Positions 1 to 13,030 are shown, counted from the stretch's first letter. The stretch is DNA of 64,000 nt from Hydrolagus colliei (GCA_035084275.1 CM068763.1:9734001-9798000), one strand, 5' to 3'. Numbers and translations are program-made. The notes: generated by a model not told the origin, from the sequence alone.

Positions 1-230
1 TTCAAAAGTGCCATGTTATTCCTTTGTATTTTTATTTATAACGAGCGACAGACAAACACGCACATTCGATGGTGTTTTATTTGTAGCTCCACTGATTTTT
101 TTTCGGCGGGGTGGGGGATGATTTCGGCTCAACCGAAATAAGATTTTTAAACACAAAGTGAGTTTATCTCTCTCTCTCTCTTTCTCTCTCTCCGGTGTAT
201 CCTGGAGAATTTGGTCATTCTCTTCTCCGA

Positions 231-646
231 TAATAATAATCCTTGCATTTTTGTTGCTTACCACTTTTCACATCAATCAATCAATCCGAACTTAAATTTA
301 TATAGCGTCTTTCACGTTGAGAGGACGTCCCAAGGCGCTATACAGGTAAGTAGGGACAAGAGCAGGGGGGGGAGGGATGGGGGAAGGATGAAGAAGAGTA
401 GGAAAATTGACTGTATATTTGTGGGCGAAACGCAGCAGCCAAATTGCGCACAGCAGCGTCCCCACAAACAGTCGTGGATTGAAAATGATCAATTTTATTA
501 TTGTGTTTTCTGGCAGGATTATTAGGTGTGTGTGTGTGTGTGTGTGGAGTAAGGAAACTCGCCCGAGGTTTCACCCTGATCTGCCTGGATTCAAACGCAA
601 ATCTCACGCTTGTAAGGCGAGCGCTGTCACCACTGAGCTACAGGAG
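231..646 (-). mobile_element. SINE (same family), interrupted by an L2 3' fragment at ~283-400
   Basis: Head at 646-580, core to ~405, tail remnant at 231-250; (TG)n at 526-546. Confidence 0.8.
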
Positions 647-1508
647 GTCTCTTCGCTGCATGAAAAATAGGCTGGCGCAGAACGCAGCCGCTTACACTCT
701 TCAGCGAATCTCGCTGCGAGAAAAGCTGCCTTCACCGTGAGAGATGCTGCGTCAAATATCAGCCGTCTAACTCGTCTGTAAACCCAGTGCTCCTTCTATC
801 ACACGCACCGCGCGTCGATCCACTTTCAAGGGCGACAATGGACAGTGACGAGGAGCCCAAGACCTCTGGCTCGATCTCACCTTCCCTGAACACCAATGGT
901 TGGATCTCCACTGTTGCCCCGATTGAAATCAATCAACGCGACACAACACAAGACTTGCTACCGTACAGCACAGCCATTCACTGAGGCTAAGGTGGGCGCC
1001 ACGCTGAGGTCTTTCATCCACTGATAATTAACGCATGGTACATCGACCACAAATTCAGTACATGTCTGCAGAGCGGTCGAAGTGAAAAGAAATCACAGGG
1101 ATCCAATTTAACTCATAGTTTGTGGGAACGCGGAGAGGGACTGCTCGCGCACGACATTCGAAGACAATTTGCCGAGTTAAGGAAGATAACGGTGGCGTTG
1201 CTTTTGGTTCTTGCAGACCTGTCCGAGCGGACGAGCTGTTAACTGGCCTTAAGAGGTACAAATGAGCCGACTTTTACCACCGACCGTCAAGGGGAACGCG
1301 GGTTCACTTTGGGATCTTGCTAGGTCACGTCTTGAGGGATTTCTGCGCGCATCGCTGACTCGGTAACATTACTCTGACCCCAAATGCCTCGGCTTGTCAT
1401 TGTTTTCCGGGTCGAAAGAGGAGACTCCGGAAAAAAAAAACCCCGGCAACAATTTCATGTCATTGCTGGGAGAACTACTGTGTGGGTAACACACACATCG
1501 ACAACACA

Positions 1509-1826
1509 GAGCTCCCGTAGCTCAGTGGTTAGAGTGCTCGCCTTGCAAGCGTGAAGTTTCGAATCCAGGCAGGTCAGGGCCAAACCTTGGGTAAGTTTCC
1601 TTACTCCACACACACACACACACACAGACACACACACACCTAATAATAATCCTTCCAAAGAAACACAATAATAATATTGGTCATTTCAATCCACAACTGT
1701 TTGTGGGGGATGCTGCTGTGCGCAATTGGCTGCCCTGTTTCGCCCATAATTATACAGTCAATTCAATGAGACGTCTGGAAGACGTGAAAAGCGCTATATC
1801 AAAAGCGCAAGAATTCTTATTATTAT
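1509..1826 (+). mobile_element. SINE (same family)
   Basis: tRNA-like head, internal (CA)n expansion, core and tail. Confidence 0.85.
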
Positions 1827-2227
1827 TGTATTATCATTATCATCCATCCAACCTTTCCCGTGAAGCTGCGATATCCTCAAAAAACAATTGTTTTCACTCA
1901 CCAGGAATGTTCAGGTGATTATTTTTCACAAAGAAGGGGAATTCGATATTGCTGTTTGAAAAACAACTGGGGTCCGCACATGATTTTGAAGCCCTTAGGT
2001 CTGAACGTTTGAATGCCGATGAAATATTTCAGCGCTGGCTTACAGGCACCCGTGGCTATTGTCTCAAAATAATGATTAATAACTGGCCTGCGTAGATCTC
2101 ACGCCTTCCCAAACACGTACTCAATCAAGTGATGTTGATCGCGCACTTCCAGAGCCTGACCCGGTGCAGACATTGCCATTCAATCCGATTCTCTTGAGAT
2201 TCCGAGATTAGCCCAGAAATAGTTCAG

Positions 2228-2702
2228 GCCTTTCACTTTACAGTATCTTCTGTGAAGCGCTTTGAGACGTCTAGAAGACGTGAAAAGCACTATATCAAAT
2301 GCAAGGATTATTATTGTTATTATGATTATTATGATTATTATTATTATTATCCTAAGTAATGTTATTTACTTTATATACCTTTATATAGCTCAGTGGTTAG
2401 AGCATTCGCCTTAAAAGCGAAAGACCTGGGTTCGATTCCGGACAGGGTGATACCTTGGGAAAATTTCCTTACCCCCCCCACACACACACACACACACACA
2501 CGCCTGATAATAATCCCTCGCCCCCCCAAAAAATAGGTCATTTCACTCCATGACTGTTTGCGGAGTCACTGCCTTGCGCAATCGGCTGCCGGGCTTTGCC
2601 CACAAATACGCAGTCAATTCACTTTGCAGTATATTCTGTGAAGCGCTCTGAGACGTTTAGAAGACGTGAAAACGCGTCATGTCAAATACGAGGATTATTA
2701 TC
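2228..2702 (+). mobile_element. SINE tail fragment (2228-2350) followed by a full SINE (2386-2702)
   Basis: Both match the family head, core and tail strings. Confidence 0.85.
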
Positions 2703-2924
2703 GTCCTTGTTATTGTTTCCAAACTCGTAGCGGTAACTGCCAGAAATGCCGTCAAAAGAATACAAGGAATGTTAGACGCGAAAAAAAAAGACCGAGGTCA
2801 ATCATATCGCGTTCACATATGTCCAGAGCTAGCTTTGTGCTATGTCCCATCATGTTATTTCCTAAAACAAAACTATCTAAATCTGTTCCTGCTTCAACTG
2901 TCGCGCGCAATGCAACGCCAACGC

Positions 2925-3165
2925 CAACAAAATTACACTTGTATAGCGCCTTTCACATCGGGAGGGCGTCCCAAAGCGCTGGACAGTCAGTGTTTCAGAC
3001 CCGAGCTGGTGTCGGCATCAAGGAGGGCAGAGGGAAGAAGGGAGGGAGCAATGGCGCATTCGAAGAGGAGGGTCCGAATGAGGGAGTTAAAGGAGGCTAG
3101 CGAGGGGAGAGGTGGAGGGACTGGGGGACGGAATTCCAAAGGTTGGCGGCAGAGTGGCTGAAGGC
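2925..3165 (-). mobile_element. L2-clade LINE 3' fragment
   Basis: Reverse complement of the RAFS..P.LWNS.P..FNS.I.T.LF coding end plus the GCGC..GACG..CCCGA.GTGAAAGGCGCTATAC tail. Confidence 0.75.
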
Positions 3166-3939
3166 TTGTTAGGCCATTTATTGAACTCATCCTAATCCTT
3201 TAGTTTGAAACACTGCATGGATTGATGGATGCTTCTTACTACAGCATTACAGTGTCCGTGTGGGATTAAACATTGGACCCAAACTTTAAATATAAGCCAC
3301 GTGTTTTATTCGTGACTGAAGCCATCAACAGATCACTCTCTTCGCTTTGCTTCCCCGCCCCTACAAAACCGTGTTTTATTTCTCCAACTTTTAGTTGTTC
3401 TCCGTTTGCTTGTTGCAAACTGTGAATACTTGATAAATGAAATTCACCGAACCAATTTTCACAAGCAAATTCATTTGCATACCTTCGAACTCCGATGCGA
3501 TTGCACGGTTAAATCAGTTGCGAGCCAAAAACAATATTGTTTGGAATCAAATGCCGAAAAAGCGGCATTAGCATTTTAATAGTAATTTTGCATATTATAT
3601 CTTTTCCGGCTGAATTATTAACGAAAAAATGGTCAATGTTTGCAGCAAAATCTGTTGCCTAACCGTCATCCCACATAGTGGCATTGTTCGAATCTACAAT
3701 CTGTATTTATTTAATTTGCGTTAGGGAATTGCACTTACCTGCCAAACCCTGTTACATTTTACCGATGAGAAATTGTTTTCTCTGAGAAATGTTTCATAAT
3801 ATTTGTTCTCTCACTGTCAGGACACAGAACCTGCAGAGTGTCACGTGCTGTACACAGTGGGGGAAAAAAAATGAACGCATGCAGAATCCACTGGGTGTGG
3901 TGTAAAACCGAGGTCCCGTCTGCCAATCTGTGTGAATGT

Positions 3940-4239
3940 GGAGCTCCTGTAGCTCAGTGGTTAGAGCACTCGCTTTACAAGAGAGAGACCTGGGTTCAAT
4001 TCCAGGCAGGTCAGAGCGAAAGCTTGGGCAAGTTTCCTTACTCCTGATAATAAACCCTAAAAAAAATAGTAACTTCGCTCCACGACTGTTTGTGGGACAC
4101 TGACGCTGCTGTGCGCAATTGGCTGCCGGGTTTCGCCCACAAATATACAGTCAATTCATTTTAAAGTATATTCTGCAAAGCGCTTTGAGAAGTCTAGAAG
4201 AACTGAAAAGCGTTATTTCAAATGCAAGGATTATTATTA
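3940..4239 (+). mobile_element. SINE (same family)
   Basis: GGAGCTCCTGTAGCTCAGTGGTTAGAGC head through ATGCAAGGATTATTATT tail. Confidence 0.88.
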
Positions 4240-5408
4240 GTTGATTTTTGTTAATCCTTCATGTTCATTCCAAAAGAGGAATTTTCTCCCAATGACCTGG
4301 CCAGCAATCCCGCCAAATAAAAATAGATGATTGACTTCAAGCCTCTTGCTGTTTTCAAATTGGCAGCTGTATTTGCCCACAAAGTACTCAGTCACTGCTA
4401 TCCACGACAGACTGTATATTCTGTCGTGCGCTTTGAGATGGCCTCTTGCCCTGACGTACCAAAGTAAATATTATTGATATCATCTGCCGAAATATAATTT
4501 GTGAGATCGTATCTTCTGTCGCATTCAAAACGAGAGAAAGAGTTAGCTCAACACAAACACCAAATATTTAATATAGGCCACATTCGATTACAACAGGAAT
4601 CGTTAAGCTTTCTTGTGATTAAATCTCCTAATCTTTTTTCCTTCGCGCTCGCCTCTTTTTCTTTCTCGATACGCGTTTTGTTATGCTTCAATTTTCATTC
4701 ATTTCAGAATATCAATTTCGGCATGTGATTGACTTTCAGCTGCCTAGAAAAGGTTTCACTGGCACTATTTGCATTTATCATTTTTTTTTGCAGATGATGA
4801 AACGACAAATTGAAATTCCATATTGAATATTCCTCTACCGCGATCGACTCGTTCCACTTCTATCTCCTGCTCCTTTTCACAATTCGCTTTAAGGAGGTCG
4901 AATACATATTCGAAATCCAGATCATTTCGAGGCCTGTCCTTTCTAGCATAAATGTGACTCTACCCTTTGAAAAAAAAACAAAAGCAAATGATAACTTTGA
5001 TATACATTTCTTTCATAATTTCCTGACAACTATCACTTGCAAAGGCTCCCTTCGACTCACCTCAGTGTTCCAACTCAAAATTCCTTTTAAGTTAACATTG
5101 AAAGGGACCTCAAACCATCCTTTCTTAAGCCTCAAATTACTCGACTTGTCATTAACTTGCCCCCCCACAAAAAAATATACCTCAGCAACTCTAACAAAAA
5201 TCAAGATTTAAAGGCAGAAATATTCCCAAAGTAATATTGTTATGATTATAATCAATTAAATTTTTTTGAAGCGTCCTCACATCCTAAGACCCTCTTTTGA
5301 GGGGATAAATAGACATTATTGGTGGATCCTAGACGTAAGAGAATTAGTTGAGTTGTACAACAACAATAGCACTTGACATACACATTGCTCCGTGATGTCT
5401 GCATAATA

Positions 5409-5736
5409 TAATAATCATAATCATTACATTTGATATAGCGCTTATCACATTTTATCAACGTCTCAAAGCGCTTCACAGAATATACTGTAAAGCGAATTGA
5501 CTGTATATTTGTGTGCGAAACACGGCAGCCAATTGCGCACAGCAGTGCGCAAACAGTCGTGGATTGAAATGATAAATTTTTATTATTGGGTTTTTTGGAT
5601 GGATTATTATTAGGCGCGTGTGTGTGTATATGGAGTAAGGAAACTTGCCCAAGGTTTCGCCCTGATCTGCCTGCATTCGAACACAGGTCTCACGCTTGTA
5701 AGGCAAGCGCTCTAACCACTGAGTTACAGGAGCTCC
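5409..5736 (-). mobile_element. SINE (same family)
   Basis: Full head-to-tail match on the minus strand. Confidence 0.88.
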
Positions 5737-6300
5737 ATAACCAGTTCTATCCACATCTGAGATTCTATGGAAGCATGAGGGGTGGTGGTGGTGGACATTT
5801 AAAAATCCTTGGAAGATTATAACACGCTTGCTGCCATCAGTGAAGGGACGCCTGCTCCATCCACTTAGACACAAGGCTGATGAGAACAGGTTCCGCCTCA
5901 ATTAACATCAAATTCAGGATCCTTTTCATTGTACAATATTTAATGGCAACTTATTTTGATTAAGTCAATCCATTCCCTTTACAGGCTTCGCACTCGGATT
6001 CAATGGTCGCTCCAGCGGTTGCTGTCGAAAAGAATCGCTTAGAATCAGCAATTGGCAATTTGGAGGCTACAGTAATTCTCTTCAATTACCAATTTTCTCA
6101 TTGTAATGGACGATCAAAGTCTGATATGAACTGAAGAGTTAGTTGCTTCTAAACAGTATTTTTCTTGTTCGATAATCCTGACTGTCTTGAAAAAAAAGAA
6201 TACAAAACTGTACCTTTCTACATGCAGTAACATTCGATCTTCCATTTCATTTAGAAATAGAATCCAAATGAAACCCTCTTCCTTCTTTGTTGTAGCCATT

Positions 6301-6680
6301 CTGTACCTCAGAATGGTTAGAGCACTTGCCTTACAAGCGTGAGACATGGGATCGAATCCAGGCAGGTCAGGACAAAACCTTGGGCAAGTTTCCTTACTCC
6401 ACACACATGCCTAATAATAATCCCTCCAAAAAAACACAATAATAAAATTGGTCATTTCAATCCGCGACTGTTTGTGTGGGGGACGCTGCCGCGCGCAATT
6501 GGCTGCCGCGTTTTGTCCACGAATGTACAGTCAATTCACTTTACAGTATATTCTGTGAAGCGCTTTGAGACGTCGATAAGACGTGAAAAGCATTACGGTA
6601 TATCAAATGCAAGGATCATTGTTATTACATATTACATGGTATATTCTGCAAAGCGCTTTGAGATGTCTGGAAGATGAGAT
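6301..6680 (+). mobile_element. SINE with partially duplicated tail
   Basis: Family match; second tail fragment at ~6638-6680. Confidence 0.85.
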
Positions 6681-8024
6681 GTGGCACTAGATCAAACATT
6701 ATTAAATATACTGTCGCATCTTCTATGATCTTGAAAAATATCTATTAAGAATGCAGATTCGCTCCCCATAAATAATTCCGGAGGAAGAACGTGTGCAATG
6801 CGGCGGATTAATTGTGTCCTTCCACCCTCTCAGGCTGCGGGTATTTTAGGCAGTCTCCAGCACAGCATAAAGCGACTTGAGAAATTTGCACTAATCTATC
6901 AGTTTCACTCGAAAAGGTCACAAAGAGACACAGTGACATTTCAACATTATTTGTTTAAAAAGTTAATTTCGCCAAACAAACGACATACTTTTATTTTTGG
7001 CAAACTTGGCTGTCGGCCAAAGGCTGAAACTCTCTTGCTCGATTATTTTCTCTCCCCGCCAGTGAATTGAAATGAATACGAATTTCTTTCTTCGAATTCA
7101 CTCAGCCACCACGTGCATACACAGGAGAAACTTATGCAGTGCGTTGGATTAATGGTGTCCTTCCCCTCTCCGAGAGTTGCATCGACCGGCCCGTGAATAC
7201 GTCGATATGAAATTCTTTTTATTTACGCATCCGTGTTTGGGTGCCCTTTGCACAAATATCGGGATCAATCTGCGTTGAAAGCAGCTATTTAAAATCTATA
7301 ATATGAAGGAACCATCTACCGACATCCATTAAGAAGCCAGAGCCACAATATTAATAGGCTGAGAAGTCAATTGAGCTGCTTGTTTGGGTTGTCCAAAACT
7401 GTTTTAAGATTGATAAGTAAACTAAAGGACTCTGCTGAATGAACAATCCAATTATACCCTTTCCATAACACATCTCCCAGAAGAGTCACTTCAACAGACT
7501 GCTGTGGAGATTTCTATTTATCAGGACGGTTCCTTGCAGACAAATCTTAAGGGAATCTTCTTGAATTTGCATATTTAACTTTTTTTTAAATACACAGACA
7601 ACGCACTCAACGCAAGACAAAATGGTTTGCATTAAAAAACTCTGGAAAATTAAAAAAAATTATGCTTTGGGACTCGACAAATTGAGCAGTCCACAAACTA
7701 CTCAAATGTAGAAAAGTCTATTTTTAAAAAAGGCCAGCATTGGTCATGACAGCAACTAATAGGCTCAATGTACACCCACCTCATCCCCAGTGTATTAACC
7801 CAGTTACTGAAGCTTTTAGCAGTAAGTTTTTTGAGTGAATTGGGACAAACCTATTCCCGTGCAGAAACTCAATACAATATTGTTTTTTTTTGCTGTTAAA
7901 AGAAATAATTCTTCCTGCCCTCAGGCTCGAGCCCGCAATGCTCCAGCAGTGCCATGGTGTTGGCAAAGGCTCCTTCTCGTACCTCGCCCGAGTCTACTCT
8001 CACGTGCGACACATTGAGTGTTGA

Positions 8025-8417
8025 CAGGCTATTTGGGACGTCTGCCCGACGTTAACGGCGCTAAGATCCAATGTAATTTTGTTGTTGTTCTTTGTGGAGC
8101 TCCTGTAGCTCGGTAGTTAGAGCACTTGCCTTACAAGCGCAAGACCTGTGCTCAAATCCAGGCAGGTCAGGGCGAAACCATGGGCAAGTTTCCTTACTCC
8201 ACACATGCGCGCCTAATGATAATCCCTCCAAAACAATAATAAAATTGGTTGTTTAAATCTAAGACTGTTTGTGGGGATGCTGCTGTGTGCAATTGGCTGC
8301 CACGTTTCGCCCTAAAATATTACAGTAAGTCAATTCACTTACTGTATTATTGTTAATGCACTTTGAGATGTCTAGAAGAGGTGAAAAGTGCGACGACAAT
8401 GGAAGGATTATTATTAT
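8025..8417 (+). mobile_element. L2 tail (8025-8089) followed by a SINE (8096-8417)
   Basis: GGGACGTCTGCCCGACGT...GTTGTTGTT tail, then the SINE head. Confidence 0.85.
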
Positions 8418-8930
8418 GGGAGTCATGATTATTCGTGTACTAGGAGCCATGCAGCCCATAAATAACTAAATCCGCCATATATTGGTTCCCAAGAGTACAC
8501 ATTCAGAACATTGTGCAGTGAGTTGCAGCATATTTGAACACTGAATGTATGATTTTTTTTAGCAACCTGGCGTTAAGCAAAGTGGGAAATGCAAACATAT
8601 CACTGCACTTCTGCGCCAAGTAAAAGTCTGGAAAGCTGTTTGCATATCGTCGGAATTGGGTTGAAAAGGCTGTTTAATTCTGAAGGCTTAAGGTTTTAGC
8701 CTCAGTAACGCTGTCTTCAAATTTAAAATGGTGTAGAAATTTGGAAAATGCTTTGAACTCCACCTTAGTTTAAACATCAATTTTCTATAGGGCCCTCTGC
8801 CTCCTTCCACAGTTGAATCTTTTCTGACATTTGCTATCCAGAGATGGGTTTAATGTTGCTGAAATAAGAGCGGTTGTAGGGTACAGCTGTAATGGGCAAA
8901 GGAAATCACTCCACACTTTCCAGGCAGACG

Positions 8931-8947
8931 TTTATTCACATTTTATT
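8931..8947 (-). terminator. Tandem AATAAA polyadenylation signals of SRSF4
   Basis: Two AATAAA on the minus strand (8947-8942 and 8936-8931), about 500 nt after the stop, followed by a GU/U-rich tract (gtgtggagtgatttcctttg). Confidence 0.7.
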
Positions 8948-9450
8948 AAACCAACCCCCAAAAAAACATGCGGGTAGCCAGATGAAAAAAAATACAAGCA
9001 GAAATCCAGGCAAATAGCTTTTTTTCTTCCTTCACAACTGAGGGAAGTGGGGGGGGGAAGGGAAATAGCCCTACATTCTGATTACACCGAATTGGCAAAT
9101 TTTATAATGTCCCATACGTTTTGGTTATGAAATCCACAACATTAGAAAGATTTTTTTTTTTAAAAAAGCTCAATACAGATGAAAAACGTTTTAAGACTTC
9201 ATCATACATATCTGACAACACCAGCAGTGATGGGCACTTTCCTTTGCTTACAGCATACCTACACAATACTCCTTCTGTCAGTACATGCCCATCATAAAAC
9301 TTTTAATTTAACACTAAATACATCCTTTCTATTTTGAAAAATGTACAGCATCAGTGTCTATTGTGTGTGTTATCTGTGATACGGCTAACAGGACCTACCA
9401 GATAAAAATCTGTTAAAGGTTTTCATATAAAACGTAGAACATTAAGAAAT

Positions 9451-10267
9451 TTAGGACTTCGAGCGTGACCTTGACCGAGACACCGATCTTGAAGGTGAGC
9501 GCGATTTTGAATGTGATCTGGCTTTAGAGTTGGATTTTGCACTGGGATGAGTCGGGGATTTGACCTTCAATGGGGACAATGACCTCGACCTAGAGCGGGG
9601 TTTGGTACAGCTGGGTTTGGCCTGCTCCTTCACACCAGATTCTCCATCCATTTGATCATCCTCACCCTTAGTTTCCTTTTTCAGTGTCTCCAACTTCGTA
9701 TCGGGTTCGACCCTTTCTTTTGACCTGGACCTAGACCTACATTCTTTGTCTTCACCCTCGCTCTTTCTCTTTTTACTCTTATTTGAACCTCTCATTTTGC
9801 TTTCATGCTTGTGTTTTTTGCTTTTCCCTCCTTTGCTGTGACTCCTGCTCCTACTCCTACTTCTCTTCTTCCCCTTTCGTTCCTGGCTCTTACTGCGGCT
9901 CCTGCTCTTGTCCTTGCCCCTAACTTTGCTATTGGCTGGACTGCCACTAAGGCTTCGGCTCTTACTCTTCTCTTTGCTTCTACTTCTGTTGACGCTCTTT
10001 TCCCCGCCGTTATTCCTAATTTTGTCTCGGCCCAGACTCCGCTCATTCTCCCCGTTTTCATTTCGTTTCTCAACCTTTACCTCAGCACTGTTGCCCCTGA
10101 CCTTCTCTACACTCTTGCTTCTGCTCTTAGCTTTTCCTTCACTGCCGCTCCTACTCTTCCTCCTGATTTTCTTATCGTTGCTCCTGCTCCTGCTTGGGTT
10201 TTTGTTCTTGCTCGGACTCCGACTTTTGCTACCACTGCGACTCTTGCTTCTGGAGCGTGATCGCGAC
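9451..10267 (-). CDS. SRSF4: SRSF4 terminal coding exon 6 (long RS domain)
   Basis: Acceptor ctctttgaacag|G; RS/K/E-rich frame ending SRSRSRSKS-TAA. The six exons total 1470 nt = 489 aa plus stop, the length class of SRSF4 rather than SRSF5/6. Adjacent to MECR as in human. Confidence 0.95.
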
Positions 10268-10576
10268 CTGTTCAAAGAGGCAACGAGAAAGTTTGTCAGA
10301 TACGGTATTCTACTCCAAAGATCAAACTAAATTCACAAATAGACGTGCAAAGAAATGCTGCGACCAGCGAAGTCGACGTATATTTTGACTCTTGAAAGAG
10401 GGACCCTCAACACAGCACCATTTACACACAAAAAACATAACATCTTCGTCATCCTCTCCCTTCTAATGGCAAAATTTGTCTTGGGACATCTATAAAATGA
10501 ATTCCCTCCTCCCAATATAACACGTTAACACGTGATTCAGCATTGTTGAAACATAACAGCAAGAGGAAGTAGGATA

Positions 10577-10806
10577 GTAATAATAATCCTTGCATTTTGA
10601 TAAAGGCGCTTTTCAAGTCTTCTAGATGCCTCAAAGCACTTCATAGAATATACTATAAAGTGAATGGACTGTATATTTGTGAGCAAAACGTGGCAGCCAA
10701 TTATGCACAACAGTGTCCCACAAACAGCCGTGGACTGAAATGACCAATTTTTATTAAGGGTTATTTTGTGAGGGATTATTATGTGTGGAGTAAAGAAACT
10801 TGCCCA
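10577..10806 (-). mobile_element. Headless SINE in SRSF4 intron 5
   Basis: Core and tail match; starts about 18 nt downstream of the exon 5 donor. Confidence 0.85.
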
Positions 10807-10824
10807 AAAGGATAAAGCACATAC

Positions 10825-10899
10825 CTGGATCGGGATTGACTGCTCTTACTACTCCCACTCCGACTCTTACGAGAGCGATTTCTGCTTGGTGAGCGAGAC
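10825..10899 (-). CDS. SRSF4: SRSF4 coding exon 5 (RS domain)
   Basis: Acceptor aacctag|G; SRSPSRNRSRKSRSGSSKSSQSRS; donor AG|GTATGT; 75 nt, phase 2-2. Confidence 0.88.
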
Positions 10900-11202
10900 C
10901 TAGGTTTTTGTCGGATTGGGGGGTGGTCAGGAAAAATGCCAATTAGTAGATCATCTACACATTTCAACAACCATGACAAACACAGAGATGTTCAAAATGA
11001 ACACCAATTGGTCAAGATTGAAATTTGGTCGTTTCAGAACTAGACGAGAAACCACCTGTACTTGCAGTACTATTCAGGCAAACCACCCCATGTAATTAAT
11101 TTGCATTCCCGTTGAAATAAAGTACCACCACTTTTTGATAGATTTGGTTTTACTACATAAATTAGCAACAATCGCTCATTCCGAACATTTATCCTGTGGT
11201 AC

Positions 11203-11417
11203 CTTGAATGACTCCGGCTCCTGGAATATGAGCGTCGTCGTCTCGATGAAGGCCTGTCCTCAATCAGTCGGATTTTTCTGCCATTAACCTCTGACCCATC
11301 TAGTTTTTCAAGAGCTCTTTTCATGTCAGAATAAGATTTAAATTCAATCACACCTTCGTTCTTTCTTCCTTTGTGTGCATCTGCATATGTCACTTCTCCT
11401 GCTTGACGCATATAATC
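11203..11417 (-). CDS. SRSF4: SRSF4 coding exon 4 (RRM2 and start of RS domain)
   Basis: Acceptor ttgtgtag|GAT; [71 protein letters not shown]; donor AG|GTACCA; 215 nt. Confidence 0.97.
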
Positions 11418-12529
11418 CTACACAAAGAATAAAATGGCATGTAAACTTTCATCATCAACCTTTACTGAACTTCCCTTCTCGACTGAATTTGTGCTTCATA
11501 AATTCAACAGAACTTTTGTTACATTTACATGAATAAACTTCAGCTACAGATCTCATTCTAGACATATAAATGATGATAGACTTGTCAATACAAGGCAGAA
11601 AACTAATTTGGTATATTATACAATACTGGTTTGTTCTTATAACAATCCCTACTGATTCTGTGGAACATATTGTATACAAAAAGCTCAGAAGCATTACAGT
11701 AAAATTTCCATAAAATAAGCAAACCAATATTGGAATCTAATATGAATAATATCGCATTACATCCGCTTGAGATGCCCAGCCCAATGCCTCAATTTGGACC
11801 CTATGTTATTTTTCACTATATTTTTTAATTTCAGCGATACAAGCTTGTGAGTATGTTCACTGCAAACTGGCAGCTAATCCTAATTGGAACCGACAGTAAT
11901 ATCATCCTCTCCGATTCTGACATCTCAAATCCCACCTGGCCGCACGGCAACTTTTCGCCTTTGGCAACCAGCATTATCCCTACCAAAAATCAGCGAATAA
12001 TGCTGAAATTGTCAAAACTCAAGCCTAAACAAAGCAAATGAAGTCTTGTGCTGCATCCACCATTGATCTGACTTCTAGTCTTCGGCACTCCATATATATT
12101 TAAAAAATAATAAGTTTGGATCAGCCGCCTCCTCCCACGTACAAACAATGCCCAAAAGGCATGTACATATCTGCTGGGAATGCTTCAAAGTTACACCACC
12201 AGTGTCATTTTATTCAGTACCATATGTGAATTTTTCAAATCATGCTTTAATTTGAATACAATTAGATCATCTTTACTTGGATCATAGTTTTGTGTTAACA
12301 CTTAAAACAAGGGAAAATTGAGTTGTCAAATCTGTTTTAAAAAATGGTACAAATAGCCCATTGTAAACTGCATATCTCTAGTATGGAAAAGGAATGTAGG
12401 ATGTTTCTTATTCTATCTACAAAACAAATTTGAAGGCATAAGACGAAATACGCAATTTTGAAAGCTTCTACTACACGCAAAGGGAATTTGAAAGTGAGAA
12501 TTCAACATCAGTCATTAAATATCACAAAC

Positions 12530-12642
12530 CTTTAAATCTTGCCAGCTGCACCGACTAGATAAGTTCTCCACAACAAGTCTATATTCGGTGCGAGTCGGTG
12601 GCCCATATCGATCTCTTCCAGTTCTTCTATAACCATAACCAC
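12530..12642 (-). CDS. SRSF4: SRSF4 coding exon 3
   Basis: Acceptor cttaaag|GT; [38 protein letters not shown] (SWQDLKD pseudo-RRM motif); donor AAG|GTTTGT; 113 nt. Confidence 0.97.
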
Positions 12643-13030
12643 CTTTAAGGTGACAGGTAAACACAATAATAATATCTTAGGTACTGGCACCTCAGCAAAA
12701 TGGGATTTGAATTGCCTTCTAATAAAACTATAATAGTAAAAATTACACACATAATAAATGTACAAAGATTAACATTCCACCCTTCCCACAAACACTAGAC
12801 TATCATAACTGTTTAACGCTACAGAATTAACATTACTTCCCACCCGCACAAAATAGAATATCAAAATTTACAAGAAATCTACAAGTACAAATGTTACTTC
12901 AATGTTATATACTTTATTGTATTTTAATATAATCTGAAAAATTACACAAACATGCATATAAATTACATGAAAAGTGATAATGATTTGATAAAGTAACCAA
13001 GCCACTAAACCAGTTACCATCTATACTTAC

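Noticed and set aside
2666-3190. 144-160 aa ORFs
   Set aside because: They span a SINE tail and an antisense L2 fragment.
3940-4012. tRNA-like sequences (A/B boxes, TAC anticodon-like loop) at about 20 positions
   Set aside because: They are SINE heads: followed by the same SINE body, variably mutated, and lacking a proper acceptor stem.
9792-10330. Long overlapping ORFs 9805..10260 (+), 9908..10330 (+) and 9792..10073 (-)
   Set aside because: Antisense or alternative-frame shadows of the low-complexity RS exon.
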